25,849 bases of DNA from an uncultured Candidatus Saccharibacteria bacterium (lineage in GTDB: Bacteria; Patescibacteriota; JABMPQ01; JAGQLO01), in assembly GCA_964371425.1 (NCBI GenBank), contig CAYJMK010000001.1, positions 2,454 to 28,302 on the forward strand, given 5' to 3'. The notes under the pieces were generated by a model, which made no database searches, was not told the DNA's origin, and worked only from the letters and a program-made list of their open reading frames with translations. A program made the position numbers and the translations under genes. Below, in pieces: positions 25,203 to 25,849 of this stretch (the stretch's first letter is position 1; each line of letters opens with the position of its first letter).

Positions 25203-25849
25203 ATGTCCCTCTTTTCCGACCAATACCGCGATGTCGCTATTCCGAAGCTTAAAGAGCGTTTCGGCTACACGAACGTGCACGAAGTGCCGCGCGTGACGAA
25301 AGTCACCGTGAATATTGGGACGGGCAAAGGTTTGAAAGATGCCAAATTGATGGAAGCCATGATGGCTACGCTTCGGCGCATCACCGGTCAGGAACCAGTT
25401 CAGCGCAAAGCGCGTAAATCGATTGCGAACTTTAACATCCGTGAGGATCAGATTGTTGGATTGTCTGTGACCCTTCGTGGCAATCGCATGCGCAATTTCT
25501 TGGAGAAGTTGGTTCGTGTTACGTTACCCCGCGTTCGTGACTTCCGTGGGATCCCTTCTGAAGCCTTTGATGGTCACGGCAACTACGCGTTCGGCATGAC
25601 GGAAAATACTGTGTTCCCTGAAATTCGTGCGGACGAAGTCGAATATTCTCATGGTCTTCAAATTTGCGTGACGACGACAGCTAAAAACGATGAAGAGGCT
25701 CGGTTGCTTCTCCAGTCCATGGGCTTTCCGTTCGCGAAGCAAGAAGAAGGTGAAAGCCGTTCTGAGCGGAAGAAGGCTCGTAAGGCTGCTCGTAAGCAAC
25801 AAAAAGCTGCCGAGAAAGCCGTCGTCGCTGTTGCATCTCCCTCACAAGC
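25203..25849 (+). CDS. rplE: 50S ribosomal protein uL5, 3'-truncated by the window, with a basic C-terminal extension
   Basis: Translated by hand from ATG 25203: VPRVTKVTVNIG, ITGQEP, VTLRG, LPRVRDFRG, FDGHGNY; no stop before the window end, so it is absent from the ORF track. Confidence 0.97.
   Translation, partial: MSLFSDQYRDVAIPKLKERFGYTNVHEVPRVTKVTVNIGTGKGLKDAKLMEAMMATLRRITGQEPVQRKARKSIANFNIREDQIVGLSVTLRGNRMRNFLEKLVRVTLPRVRDFRGIPSEAFDGHGNYAFGMTENTVFPEIRADEVEYSHGLQICVTTTAKNDEEARLLLQSMGFPFAKQEEGESRSERKKARKAARKQQKAAEKAVVAVASPSQ

Noticed and set aside
1-25849. Alternative genetic code (TGA=Gly/Trp, code 25/4)
   Set aside because: rpsG, rpsJ and rpsQ end at TGA at their expected C-termini, and conserved Trp residues use TGG.
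1-25849. CRISPR arrays, tRNA/rRNA genes, IS elements or integrases
   Set aside because: No regularly spaced repeats, cloverleafs, rRNA signatures or transposase/recombinase motifs were found.

Overview
Bacterial chromosomal window in the standard code (TGA is a stop). It is most likely from a Patescibacteria/CPR organism, inferred from a GxGC lipobox-like signal, PsbP-like and TSP3-like single-pass surface proteins, extended ribosomal proteins and no Shine-Dalgarno sites. It carries rpmB, a site-2 protease, a fragmented str cluster (rpsL-rpsG // fusA // tuf-rpsJ) and the canonical S10/spc run rplC to rplE (rplE truncated by the window end). Accessory genes are three small membrane proteins, a 1122-aa GEVED-domain lipoprotein, three membrane-anchored surface proteins plus a ThDP decarboxylase/aldehyde dehydrogenase pair inserted between rpsG and fusA, and a small antisense unit plus one more surface protein between fusA and tuf. 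Top candidates for new biology: (1) an otherwise canonical EF-G with both guanine-recognition motifs rewritten (G4 NKxD->NKIN, G5 SAF->DGR) while EF-Tu is normal, suggesting altered nucleotide use; (2) a four-copy ~100-aa extracellular domain with invariant 3 His + 2 Cys; (3) an OgdA/SsaD-like 2-oxoacid -> aldehyde -> acid module; (4) a structured leader and a 23-bp inverted repeat at an internal rplC promoter; (5) strong UAG-stop and U(-1)AUG biases. No tRNA, rRNA, CRISPR or mobile element was seen. All family calls come from motif reading, not database searches.
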